A stretch of 63,166 nt of DNA, filler included, from Octopus bimaculoides (taxonomy: Eukaryota): assembly GCF_001194135.2 (NCBI RefSeq). It is 10 parts of 10 records of this genome, joined end to end, with 100 filler letters (N's around TTAATTAATTAA, not from the genome) between each part and the next. Parts side by side here need not be neighbours in the genome. Positions count along the whole stretch, not along the records: positions 1 to 10,049 come from NC_068996.1; positions 10,150 to 20,025 come from NC_069008.1; 8 more parts are not named here. One strand, given 5' to 3'. Every line of letters starts with the position of its first letter. Position 1 is the first letter of the stretch. Below, in pieces: positions 1 through 10,304 of this stretch. The notes beneath the pieces are model-generated. The model had not been told where the DNA came from and made no database searches. It worked only from the letters and a program-made list of their open reading frames with translations. The position numbers and the translations under genes were made by a program.

Positions 1-479
1 ACTGGCACCCGTGCCAGTGGAATGTTAAAAGCACCATCTGAGCGTGATCGTCGCCAGGGTTGCTGACTGGCTCCCATGCCAATGGCATATAAAAAGCACC
101 ATTTGAGCGTGAATGTTACCAGCGTCGCCTAACTGGCACTTGTGCCGGTGGCATGTGAAAAACAACATTCGAGCGAGGTCGTTGCTAGTGCCGCTGGCTC
201 TTGTGCAGGTGGCACATAAAAAACACCATTTGAGCATGGCTGTCGCCAGTACCACCTGACTGGCCCTCTTGCTGGTGGCACATAAAAAGCACCCGCTATA
301 CTTTTGGAGTGGTTGGCATTAGGAAGGGCATCCAGCTGTAGAAACTCTGCCAGATCAGATTGGAGCCTAGTGCAGTCATCTGGCTTGCCAGTCCTCAGTC
401 AAACTATCCAACTCATGCCAACATGGAAAGCAGACGTTAAACGATGATGACGATGATGATGATGATGATGATGATGATG
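1..479 (+). mobile_element. 3' UTR/tail of an RTE-clade LINE (or RTE-tailed SINE), with about 5 internal ~65-bp subrepeats and a (GAT)n tail
   Basis: Ends in catccagctgtagaaactctgcc...catgccaacatggaaagcagacgttaaac(gat)n. The same tail recurs at 5581(-), 8525(-), 9290(-), 13306(+), 27190(+) and 42583(+). The 5581 copy appears linked across a gap to RTE ORF2-like sequence. Confidence 0.75.
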
Positions 480-537
480 ATATATATATGTATGTTGTAT
501 GTATGCATATATATGTATGTATATATGTTTGCATGTG

Positions 538-569
<32 letters not shown>

Positions 570-1629
570 CTGAAACAGTAAAAGATAAAAGAAAAGATAA
601 AATATATATAGGGATGTGTTTTGTAGTGGAAACACGTGTAGGTCATAATAACCATTAACAGATGCAGTATGAAAATGTAAAATGAAAGGAAATAAATTTT
701 GAGAGTGAACAAGTTTCCATAGTCTCTATCATAATTATTGCTAATAGACAAACCAGACAATAAATATTACCATCCAGAGAAGCAAACACAGAATTACTCA
801 TCGGAGGAATTTACAGCATTAGTGATAGCTCATAGTAGTCATAAACAGTAAATACTAATCAATGCTGTTAACCATAATCTGGAACATAACTGAAAGCCAC
901 CATGGTATCCACCCAGATAATATTTCCCTCTAAACTCACACACACACACACACACACACACACAAATATCTAGTGTACAGTTCTGTGATGGTAAGATCTT
1001 TTTTCCTGTTTTCCTTTTTTCTACTTTCTTTTTCATTTTCCAGTTTTTCAACCTTCCAGCTTTTAAATCTACCCACTTCTCGCCTTTTCTTGTAATTTTT
1101 CTCTTGTCGTCTCATCCTGTTTTAGCTGGTTATGCCATGTGGGTACAACCTGAGGATTGCAAGATGGCACCAGATATGTTTAAAAATGCAGTCTGAGATG
1201 TTTTCATCACATGAGACTATTAGTAGCTCATGAAAATATATATTGCGNNNNNNNNNNNNNNNNNNNNNNNNNNNNNNNNNNNNNNNNNNNNNNNNNNNNN
1301 NNNNNNNNNNNNNNNNNNNNNNNNNNNNNNNNNNNNNNNNNNNNNNNNNNNNNNNNNNNNNNNNNNNNNNNNNNNNNNNNNNNNNNNNNNNNNNNNNNNN
1401 NNNNNNNNNNNNNNNNNNNNNNNNNNNNNNNNNNNNNNNNNNNNNNNNNNNNNNNNNNNNNNNNNNNNNNNNNNNNNNNNNNNNNNNNNNNNNNNNNNNN
1501 NNNNNNNNNNNNNNNNNNNNNNNNNNNNNNNNNNNNNNNNNNNNNNNNNNNNNNNNNNNNNNNNNNNNNNNNNNNNNNNNNNNNNNNNNNNNNNNNNNNN
1601 NNNNNNNNNNNNNNNNNNNNNNNNNNNNN

Positions 1630-1897
1630 AACACACCAACACCGGTTGTCAAGTGGTGATGGGGGACAAACACAGATTCAGAAACACACACTTACACACA
1701 AACACATACATACATATATATGTGTGTGTATATATATATATACGACGAACTTCTTTCAGTTTCCATCTGCCAAATCTACTAACAAAGCTTAGGTCAGTCC
1801 AAGACTATAGTAGAAGACACATGCCCAAAGTGCCATGCAGTGGGACTGAACCCAGAAGCATGTGGTTGGGAAGCAAGCTTCTTACCACACAGCCATA
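1630..1897 (-). mobile_element. tRNA-derived SINE family A (internal TA/CA microsatellite), 5' part
   Basis: Reverse complement of the head tggctgtgtggtaag...ggttcagtcccactgc...ttgggca shared with the full-length copy at 40482-40912. Confidence 0.85.
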
Positions 1898-2013
1898 AGT
1901 AATGACTTTATATTCAAGTATACACTTGTGGTATGCTGTTTAAAGCCTATCCACAGTATTCGGCTACCTTTGTGTTCATAGGGTTTTTATAAAAAGATGA
2001 GAGACAGGAAATA

Positions 2014-2195
2014 GAATTCACAAGACTCTTTAAGTGGAACCACTACAAATCACTTCAGATCATCATGCATCCACACCTCATTATAGGTAGCTATGATGCA
2101 TGACAATTGATTGCACAGAATCTCACCTGTAAGGTACAAGTGCATGATGAATCGAAATGATTGTAGTGATTCTGAGTAAAGAGTCACATGAATTC
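2014..2195. repeat. Imperfect foldback (~38-bp arms), MITE-like
   Basis: gaattcacaagactctttaagtggaaccactacaaatc versus the reverse complement of gattgtagtgattctgagtaaagagtcacatgaattc. Confidence 0.5.
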
Positions 2196-2200
2196 CATTT

Positions 2201-2271
<71 letters not shown>

Positions 2272-3233
2272 NNNNNNNNNNNNNNNNNNNNNNNNNNNNN
2301 NNNNNNNNNNNNNNNNNNNNNNNNNNNNNNNNNNNNNNNNNNNNNNNNNNNNNNNNNNNNNNNNNNNNNNNNNNNNNNNNNNNNNNNNNNNNNNNNNNNN
2401 NNNNNNNNNNNNNNNNNNNNNNNNNNNNNNNNNNNNNNNNNNNNNNNNNNNNNNNNNNNNNNNNNNNNNNNNNNNNNNNNNNNNNNNNNNNNNNNNNNNN
2501 NNNNNNNNNNNNNNNNNNNNNNNNNNNNNNNNNNNNNNNNNNNNNNNNNNNNNNNNNNNNNNNNNNNNNNNNNNNNNNNNNNNNNNNNNNNNNNNNNNNN
2601 NNNNNNNNNNNNNNNNNNNNNNNNNNNNNNNNNNNNNNNNNNNNNNNNNNNNNNNNNNNNNNNNNNNNNNNNNNNNNNNNNNNNNNNNNNNNNNNNNNNN
2701 NNNNNNNNNNNNNNNNNNNNNNNNNNNNNNNNNNNNNNNNNNNNNNNNNNNNNNNNNNNNNNNNNNNNNNNNNNNNNNNNNNNNNNNNNNNNNNNNNNNN
2801 NNNNNNNNNNNNNNNNNNNNNNNNNNNNNNNNNNNNNNNNNNNNNNNNNNNNNNNNNNNNNNNNNNNNNNNNNNNNNNNNNNNNNNNNNNNNNNNNNNNN
2901 NNNNNNNNNNNNNNNNNNNNNNNNNNNNNNNNNNNNTATTGTATTTGTGTAACATTGTCCGTTTTTTCTATCCTTGTTTTTGTATACATTCGCTGCTTTC
3001 TTCCAAGGAATCTAATGCTCTTAGCTTAGTTTTTCCTTGAGGCTGGCCAGAGTGGGGCAATCTCGAATATAATCAGCCAAAATTGCAATGATAATCTGGT
3101 ACTTGACTGAGGAAAGAAAACTTCGAATGACCTGTCCTTATTTTCTTTGTATCATCTATCTGGATGTTTTGTTGTCCCATTTTTGTATCACCTAACTGTC
3201 CGGATGTTTTGCTTTCTTGTCCCATTTTTGTAT

Positions 3234-3271
<38 letters not shown>

Positions 3272-3291
3272 CATGTATGTATATACATATA

Positions 3292-4155
3292 CAGGGTGCA
3301 ATGAATAAACTGTTGTCGAAATTACGCAAAAATGGAAATAACACTAACATCTCATTTTAACAGATGTATTTACCAAAATCACATAAAGATATCTTGAAAT
3401 ACTAAAGAATAAATTTATTCAATAAAATCGCCATTGGCTTCAATCACTGCCTTCAAATGACTTCTGAATCTCCCCTGACTCTTCTGGACAGTCTCCTTGT
3501 TTAAATTGGTCAATGTTGCCATAATTCTTGCCTTCAGTTCATCTTTGGTGTTACAAGGAGTTCTCTTGGTCTCTCGCTCAACTGTGTCCCACACATAATA
3601 ATCAAGTGGGTTGCAGTCTGGGAATTTAGGTGACCAGATGTTAGGGATGATGTGGTCACAGAAATTGTCTGACAGCCATGATTGGGTTCTCCTGCTTGTG
3701 TGACATGGTGCATCCTATTGCCAGACACAGGGTTTCCAGCAGCCACCTGTTTGACCCAGGTAATACTACCTTCTCCAGGCACTTGATGTAGGCTTCCATG
3801 TTGAGTCTGAGGCTGTGTAGGAAGATGAATGGAGGCATAAAGTCATTATCACTAGTGATCACTCCAAACACCATGATGTTGACTGGATGTTTGATTTTTA
3901 TCACTCTAGGTACATGTCCTCATATTCATACCCAAATACTCTGAAATGTTCGTATTGGAGCTTCTTGCACGAATGCCAAGTAGTACAGTTTGTTGTTTTC
4001 AAGCTTCTGACAGAGTGAATTGCATCATGGTGCTGTTTTTCTTACAGACAGTGCCCAACTGACCCTACTATACTGTGTAGTTGACAAAGCCAAAAACAGT
4101 GCACATGCGCAAAATTAAAAGTATAAAATGGCGACAATTTACCTATCATACCCTG
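3292..4155 (-). mobile_element. Internally deleted Tc1/mariner transposon, maT/DD37D-like, with transposase pseudogene
   Basis: TA|CAGGGT...ACCCTG|TA termini with degenerate ~26-bp TIRs. The minus strand reads KHPVNIMVFGVITSD...VWQ*DAPCHTSRRTQSWLSDNF...IWSPKFPDCNPLDYYVWDTVER...EANGDFIE*. There are 36 aa between the 2nd and 3rd Asp as written (37 if one codon was lost). Confidence 0.8.
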
Positions 4156-4182
4156 TATATGTATATATATGGATTTTTTTTC

Positions 4183-4405
4183 TTTTACTTTTTACTGTTT
4201 TCAGTCATTTGTTTGTAGCCATACTGGAGTCATTTGTTTGTAGCCATACTGGAGTCATACTGGATCTCAGGACTTATTTTTTGTAAACCTAGTACTTATT
4301 CTATTGGTCTCCTGTGCCAAACTGCTAAGTTACAGGGATGTAAACACACCAACATCGTTTGTCAAGCGATGGTGGTAGGGACAAAAAATAGAGACACACA
4401 CATAT

Positions 4406-4457
<52 letters not shown>

Positions 4458-4803
4458 NNNNNNNNNNNNNNNNNNNNNNNNNNNNNNNNNNNNNNNNNNN
4501 NNNNNNNNNNNNNNNNNNNNNNNNNNNNNNNNNNNNNNNNNNNNNNNNNNNNNNNNNNNNNNNNNNNNNNNNNNNNNNNNNNNNNNNNNNNNNNNNNNNN
4601 NNNNNNNNNNNNNNNNNNNNNNNNNNNNNNNNNNNNNNNNNNNNNNNNNNNNNNNNNNNNNNNNNNNNNNNNNNNNNNNNNNNNNNNNNNNNNNNNNNNN
4701 NNNNNNNNNNNNNNNNNNNNNNNNNNNNNNNNNNNNNNNNNNNNNNNNNNNNNNNNNNNNNNNNNNNNNNNNNNNNNNNNNNNNNNNNNNNNNNNNNNNN
4801 NNN

Positions 4804-4864
<61 letters not shown>

Positions 4865-5027
4865 TATATACACATGATGGGCTTCTTTCAGTTTCTGTCT
4901 ACCAATTCCCCTCTCAAAGACTTTGGTCAGCCTGAGGCAATAGCAGAAGACACTTTCCCAAGGTGCCTGCCATACAGTGGAACTGAACATGGAAGCAATA
5001 TTCTTACCACACAGCCACACCTACTCC
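4183..5027 (-). mobile_element. SINE family A, full length, central (TA)n spans an N gap
   Basis: Tail (tcagtcatttg...ctggag), body (gtaaacacaccaacatc...gtcaagcgatgg) and head (cttaccacacagcca) are all present in order. Confidence 0.85.
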
Positions 5028-5304
5028 TAGATATATATATATATAAATGTCAAAGGTACAAGGTCCAATATTTAAGCCATGAGTAATTAGGTGTGTCAAC
5101 TTTTTTCTTCCCAAAAGAACGTATCTTGGGCTGGTCATGTCTTTATTTGTTGTTGTTTTTATTTAAGCTATTTTCACTTTTTGTATGTGAAGTTGTGTAT
5201 TAGTCATGTCTTTATTAGTATAGAAAATTGCTTTTCTTCTGCTTTGATGTTCGCAAAACGTATTTGGATAAAGGTTTTAGGTTTTATTCTTTTCTTCTGG
5301 TTAT

Positions 5305-5457
5305 TCTTTTATTTGTTTCTGTCATTTGATTGCGGCCATGCTGGAGCAATGCATTTAGTCGAACAGTAGAAGACACTTGCCCAAAGTACCACACAATGGG
5401 ACTGAAACCAGAACCATGTGGTTGGGAAGCAAGTTTCTTACCACAAAGACATGCCTA
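5305..5457 (-). mobile_element. SINE family A with the body and microsatellite deleted
   Basis: The tail (gtcatttgattgcggccatgctggagc...tagtcga) is joined directly to the head (agtagaagacacttgccc...cttaccaca). Confidence 0.75.
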
Positions 5458-5508
5458 TGCCTATATCCACACTGCCATGCCTGTGATTATGATAATGATA
5501 AGGATAAC

Positions 5509-5540
<32 letters not shown>

Positions 5541-5580
5541 TAATAATAATAATAATAATAATAACAATAGTAACAGTAAT

Positions 5581-6380
5581 CATCATCATCATCATCATCA
5601 TCATCGTTTAACGTCCGCTTTCCATGCTAGCATGGGTTGGACGATTTGACTGAGGACTGGTGAAACCGGATGGCAACACCAGGCTCCAGTCTGACTTNNN
5701 NNNNNNNNNNNNNNNNNNNNNNNNNNNNNNNNNNNNNNNNNNNNNNNNNNNNNNNNNNNNNNNNNNNNNNNNNNNNNNNNNNNNNNNNNNNNNNNNNNNN
5801 NNNNNNNNNNNNNNNNNNNNNNNNNNNNNNNNNNNNNNNNNNNNNNNNNNNNNNNNNNNNNNNNNNNNNNNNNNNNNNNNNNNNNNNNNNNNNNNNNNNN
5901 NNNNNNNNNNNNNNNNNNNNNNNNNNNNNNNNNNNNNNNNNNNNNNNNNNNNNNNNNNNNNNNNNNNNNNNNNNNNNNNNNNNNNNNNNNNNNNNNNNNN
6001 NNNNNNNNNNNNNNNNNNNNNNNNNNNNNNNNNNNNNNNNNNNNNNNNNNNNNNNNNNNNNNNNNNNNNNNNNNNNNNNNNNNNNNNNNNNNNNNNNNNN
6101 NNNNNNNNNNNNNNNNNNNNNNNNNNNNNNNNNNNNNNNNNNNNNNNNNNNNNNNNNNNNNNNNNNNNNNNNNNNNNNNNNNNNNNNNNNNNNNNNNNNN
6201 NNNNNNNNNNNNNNNNNNNNNNNNNNNNNNNNNNNNNNNNNNNNNNNNNNNNNNNNNNNNNNNNNNNNNNNNNNNNNNNNNNNNNNNNNNNNNNNNNNNN
6301 NNTACTTACACTCTGACGGGTATTCACATTGACATTACACATCCAACGGAGCATACTGGCTTCATTCCTTGCGAGCTTAC
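5581..6380 (-). mobile_element. 5'-truncated RTE-clade LINE (middle in N gap)
   Basis: (GAT)n tail and 3' UTR at 5581-5696. Across the gap the minus strand reads LRKLARNEASMLRWMCNVNVNTRQS, resembling the RxxRNExxMLRWMC motif of RTE ORF2 C-termini. Confidence 0.7.
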
Positions 6381-6460
6381 GTAATGATAACAACAATAAT
6401 AATAATAATAATAATAATAATAGTAATAATAATAATGATAACAATAACAACAACAACAAC

Positions 6461-6542
<82 letters not shown>

Positions 6543-6669
6543 TTCACTAGAAAAGGTAATGGATGAAAAGGGGAAAGCAAAAATCCTCTGGAACTTTGGC
6601 TTCCAGATAGGCAAGGTGTTAGAGCACCGAAGGCTGGATATAGCAACCTTTAAGGAGGTTTACAAAGAA

Positions 6670-6912
6670 TAAGTCGTGAGATCCATTTCTTCAACTAAAA
6701 AAGGCAGTGCTCCAGTATGGCCGCAAACAAATAACTGAAAACAATAAAAAGTAAAAGAAAACACACCAACATCAGTTGTCAAGCGATGGTGGTGGTGGTG
6801 GGAGGGACAAACACAGACACACAAATGCACACATGCACACACACACACACACACATATAACTTGCTTATCAACCACATGGTTCTAGGTTCAGTCTTGCTG
6901 CCGAGCATCTTG
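6670..6912. mobile_element. Rearranged SINE family A fragments (tail +, body -, head +)
   Basis: gtgctccagtatggccgc...actgaaa (+ tail), acacaccaacatcagttgtcaagcgatgg (- body), cttgcttatcaaccacatggttctaggttcagtc (+ head). Confidence 0.65.
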
Positions 6913-6925
6913 GCTGTGTGATAAG

Positions 6926-7260
6926 AAGGTGCATGGCTCAGTGGTTAGAGCATCGAGCTTACAATCGTGAGGTTGTGAGTTCAAACCCTGGACCAAGCTG
7001 TGTTGTGTTCTTGAGCAAGACACTTTATTTCACATTGCCCCAGTTCACTCAGCTGTAGAAATGAGTTGTGACATTACTGGTGCTAAGCTGTAACAGACCC
7101 TTTGCCTTTCCCTTGGATAACATTGGTGGCGTGGAGAGGGGAGACCAGTATGCATGGGCGACTGCTGGTCTTCCATTAATAACCTTGCTCGCACTTGTGC
7201 CGGGGAGGGTAACTTTCTAAGTGCAATCCCATGGTCAGTCATGACCGAAGGGGGTCTCAG
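6926..7260 (+). mobile_element. tRNA-derived SINE family B
   Basis: A box tggctcagtgg (6934), B box gagttcaaacc (6977), body cttgagcaagacactttatttcacattgccccagttcactcagctgtagaaatgag. A related copy lies at 27715-27943 (-). Confidence 0.8.
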
Positions 7261-7565
7261 TAGGAGTGACAAACAAGTGTGCCTAATAATTTATGTGTTA
7301 GTGCCAGGAGATCAGCATATCATGAAAGAAAGTGAAAAGATTGATAAATATGGGGACCTGAGAATTGAGATTGCTAAGATGTAGCAGCTGGGAGAGTCAA
7401 ACATAAAAGTTGTTCCTGTTGTCATCGGAGCATTGGGTTCAATACCACCCAATCTGAAAAAAAAAACATCTGAAAACTTTAGGTGTATTGCAAAAGTTGG
7501 CATTACTTGGAACTGCACACATATTGTGTAAAGTACTGTCTGTCTGAGGTCCATGTTGGAACTGG
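7261..7565 (+). mobile_element. 3' fragment of an RLE-type (R4/Dong-like) non-LTR retrotransposon
   Basis: DKQVCLIIYVLVPGDQHIMKESEKIDKYGDLRIEIAKM*...KVVPVVIGALGSIP.../HLKTLGVLQKLALLGTAHILCKVLSV*, matching the C-terminal restriction-like endonuclease pattern. One stop and one frameshift. Confidence 0.8.
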
Positions 7566-7914
7566 AGTTGTTGTTGTTGCTGCTGCTGCTGTTGTTATTG
7601 TTGTTGTTGTTGTTGTGTGATAAAAACTCACAGCTTATTTTAATGGAAAGTGTCAGCTGTCCAAGGCCAACAGACTAAAGTGACATTTGTTTACTGGTTG
7701 TGCTTCAAGAGCCCCATGAAGAATTCTTGCAGTTCCAAGCAATGATGATTTTTGTAGGTGTTCTATGTTTTGTATGTCATTATTTACTTCCACAGAGATC
7801 TATATGGATGTGAGTGTATGAAGCCCAGATGGAATAACAATATTCTACAGTGATCAGTAATATGGGTGTTGCTGTGAATGGGAGACAGGGGCTGTTGCTG
7901 TTATCATCATCATT

Positions 7915-8138
7915 TAACCATCGAGCATTTAAACCAGCGATATCCAGCCAAAATATTCCACCTGCTTTATGTTCAAATCAGCTAGATCCAGCCTCTTATA
8001 CCTACCCTACAATGTCATTCTGAAAATCACAATCACATGATTGAATCTTGAAGCTACAAGATAATCCATGATTAATTCAAAACAATGAATAAATAAGCAT
8101 TACATTTGACAGAATAATCTGAATGCTAAAGGGTTGAA
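7915..8138. mobile_element. TTAA-flanked MITE (piggyBac-like termini), ~225 bp
   Basis: Termini resemble TTAACCCTTTAGCATT / AATGCTAAAGGGTTAA. Other copies at 8820-8992, 22778-22925 and 29317-29547. Confidence 0.6.
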
Positions 8139-8524
8139 TTAATTTTGAAAATAAAGAATTTAGTAAGATATCTGTCATTATTAAGTTGGGTTTTGAAACA
8201 AATTAATATGAAATTTTGATGGAAGGTTTTAAGTTAAATCATTATAAAATAAAAGAATAATTATAAGAATACTTTCAGGTAGATTGGTATCAAAAGGGTT
8301 TTTTTTTAAAGAACACAATACAGATGCAAAAAAAAATCTCTCTTTGAATAAGACAACAATCTACCTGGCAGGGGGCAAACATTCCTCTGTGACCTAACGT
8401 GTTTTTGACATCTGGACAAAACTAAAGTTGTGAAGAATATAGTGTTCTGTCCAGACACTCCTACAATAGAGTTGATCCTTTCTAGGGTAAAACACAGCTT
8501 TCAATGAACCATTTAGCATTTAAA

Positions 8525-8820
8525 TTGGCCATCATTTAACGTCCACCTTACAAGCTGGCATGGGTTGGACAGTTTGACAGGAGCTGTCCAGACAGAAGCC
8601 TGCACTAGACTTCTGTGTCTGTTTTGGCATGGCTTTTATGGCTAGATACCCTTCCTAACACTAATCCCCCAGCAGAATGGACTGAGTGCTTTTTACCTGG
8701 CACCAGCACAGGTGAGGTCAGTTTTGGCATGGTTTTTACAGCCAGATTACCTTCCATATGCCAACAACTTTACAGTGTGGACTGGATGCTTTTTAAGTGG
8801 CATCAGTACTGGAAGGGTCA
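8525..8820 (-). mobile_element. RTE-type 3' UTR/tail
   Basis: catcatttaacgtcc...gctggcatgggttggacagtttgacagg is the reverse complement of the RTE tail. Confidence 0.7.
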
Positions 8821-8992
8821 CCAATTTGACCCAAATATTCTGTTTTATGTTCAGACCAGACAGACCTGACCCCTCACAACTACCCTACAATGTCATTCTA
8901 AAAATACACAATCATATGATTGAAATCTTGAAGCTACAAGATAATGAATGATAGATTCAGAACAATGTCAATAAATAAGCATTACTTTTGAC
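8820..8992. mobile_element. TTAA MITE family, partial copy
   Basis: taccctacaatgtcattctaaaaatacacaatc...gaagctacaagataat...aataaataagcattacttttgacag matches 7915-8138. Confidence 0.65.
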
Positions 8993-9079
8993 AGTGTGGT
9001 GTTACATGTGATGTTATGGGCTGTGATGAGCTATGTGGTGTTGGTGGAGAGGGATGGCAGATGAAGCAAATGGAAGTGA

Positions 9080-9216
9080 AGACAGACCGGAAGTCGGCCA
9101 CACGCGGACGTGTGGACAGTGAGCACATGTGGTCAGTTCGATCAGAGATAGTGTACGTAGCAGACGTGGTTTGATCTGGAGTGATCGTTTATCCCGTCAC
9201 GGTCAACAAGGTAAGG
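9080..9216 (+). promoter_or_regulatory. Candidate promoter / non-coding first exon
   Basis: Local CpG enrichment, ETS-type ACCGGAAGT at 9086-9094, strong donor caag|gtaagg at 9211. About 1.1 kb upstream of ZNF gene 1. No transcript evidence. Confidence 0.35.
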
Positions 9217-9585
9217 TCGCTGTATTTCTTTCTCCCTTTTGCTTCTTGTTGTCTTTTTCCTCCACCACACCACAGACAGGATAACCTGAATGTTAAAAGG
9301 TTTATGTCCGTTTTCCATGCTGGCATATGTGGCCAGCTTGACAGGAGCTGACGAGGCCAGAGGGAGCACCCCGTTCCATAGCCTGATATAGAAATGCTAT
9401 TGCCTCATGAGCAAATTTGTGCTATTTTTGGTGTAGTAGTTGTTTTTCTGTGATAGTGAAAGACAGCTGCTGTTAGTATTGTGACAGCATAGATAGTATG
9501 GTAGTGAAATATAATAGAACTGTTGTTATTATTATTATTATCAGAGTGTGGTGGGATTATTGTGGTACTGAAATAGTGTTGTTAG

Positions 9586-9967
9586 TGTAGTAACACCGTG
9601 CGCATGCGTAGTCTTACGCATGCGTAGAATTAAACAAGCAAGCGTTTCCCGCTCAATTCATTCTCTTTCTTGCTGGCCAGCGATTGAGCATGGACGTGTA
9701 TTTAAGCTGTCTCTCTACATCTTTCGGACTTACACTCGACAGCTCGCTCACAACTACAGAACAACGTCCCAACAACTATGCTCATACACACAGAAGCTGT
9801 AGCAACAAGAACTAAAGATGTATATATTTTCCACCTGAATATATATTGTTTAAGTTGTTTAGTCTGGAGTTCAGCGTTCCGTTATATTCTTAATTACATA
9901 GTAGGAAAGTCAGGTATACAATCTAAAGATGTATAACCTACTTTCCTCTAAAGTGGTGACCCCGACG
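9586..9967 (+). mobile_element. Ty3/Gypsy-like LTR (9586-9952) with tRNA-Trp primer-binding site (9954-9967)
   Basis: Starts TGTAG and ends CTAAA (CTACA with one change). It is followed by TGGTGACCCCGACG, complementary to the conserved 3' end of eukaryotic tRNA-Trp (…CGUCGGGGUCACCA). The internal region is lost in the gap. Confidence 0.65.
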
Positions 9968-10093
9968 AAGAAAAAACGCAGCATGGACTCTGGACTACCA
10001 ACTTATAACTGGTGAACCTCGACTAAAGAACAAATACGGCCATGGAGACNNNNNNNNNNNNNNNNNNNNNNNNNNNNNNNNNNNNNNNNNNNN

Positions 10094-10105
10094 TTAATTA
10101 ATTAA
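10094..10105. other. Assembly gap marker TTAATTAATTAA inside 44N+12+44N (artefact)
   Basis: Identical 100-bp structure also at 20070, 25094, 35294, 43990, 50348, 54645, 59556 and 62039. It encodes stops in all frames. True gap size and adjacency are unknown. Confidence 0.95.
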
Positions 10106-10161
10106 NNNNNNNNNNNNNNNNNNNNNNNNNNNNNNNNNNNNNNNNNNNNACATTCTACTGG

Positions 10162-10286
10162 GTGAGTAGAAAATATATCTACATTACATATGTAATCTTC
10201 CATACATGTAAACGGAGGTCTGTGATATCTAAGACAACAAATTGAACCATAATAGATTAACTCTCAGACGTTTGTCAGCTTTTCAG
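10162..10286 (+). other. Putative 125-nt intron upstream of the ZNF gene 1 coding exon
   Basis: gtgagt donor at 10162 and ttttcag acceptor ending at 10286. Donor, acceptor and length are conserved in paralogue 2 (15748-15872). Confidence 0.55.
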
Positions 10287-10304
10287 AATTGCTCAAGAAA
10301 TAAT

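Noticed and set aside
3035-3095. Hammerhead-like cttgag-gctg…cagc-caaaa-ttgcaat
   Set aside because: Stem II and a palindrome are visible, but both conserved boxes are broken and there is no stem I. Possibly a decayed PLE end, too weak to call.
1122-6543. Long ORFs dominated by X, or by YI/CV/HT/RE dipeptides (also at 14041, 31300, 44589, 48647, 51759)
   Set aside because: Artefacts of N runs and microsatellites lacking stop codons.
10242-10304. ORF-track N-terminal extension MNHNRL… (also 15828-15890)
   Set aside because: Begins at TTG and mostly lies within the putative conserved intron; the first ATG is at 10305 / 15891.
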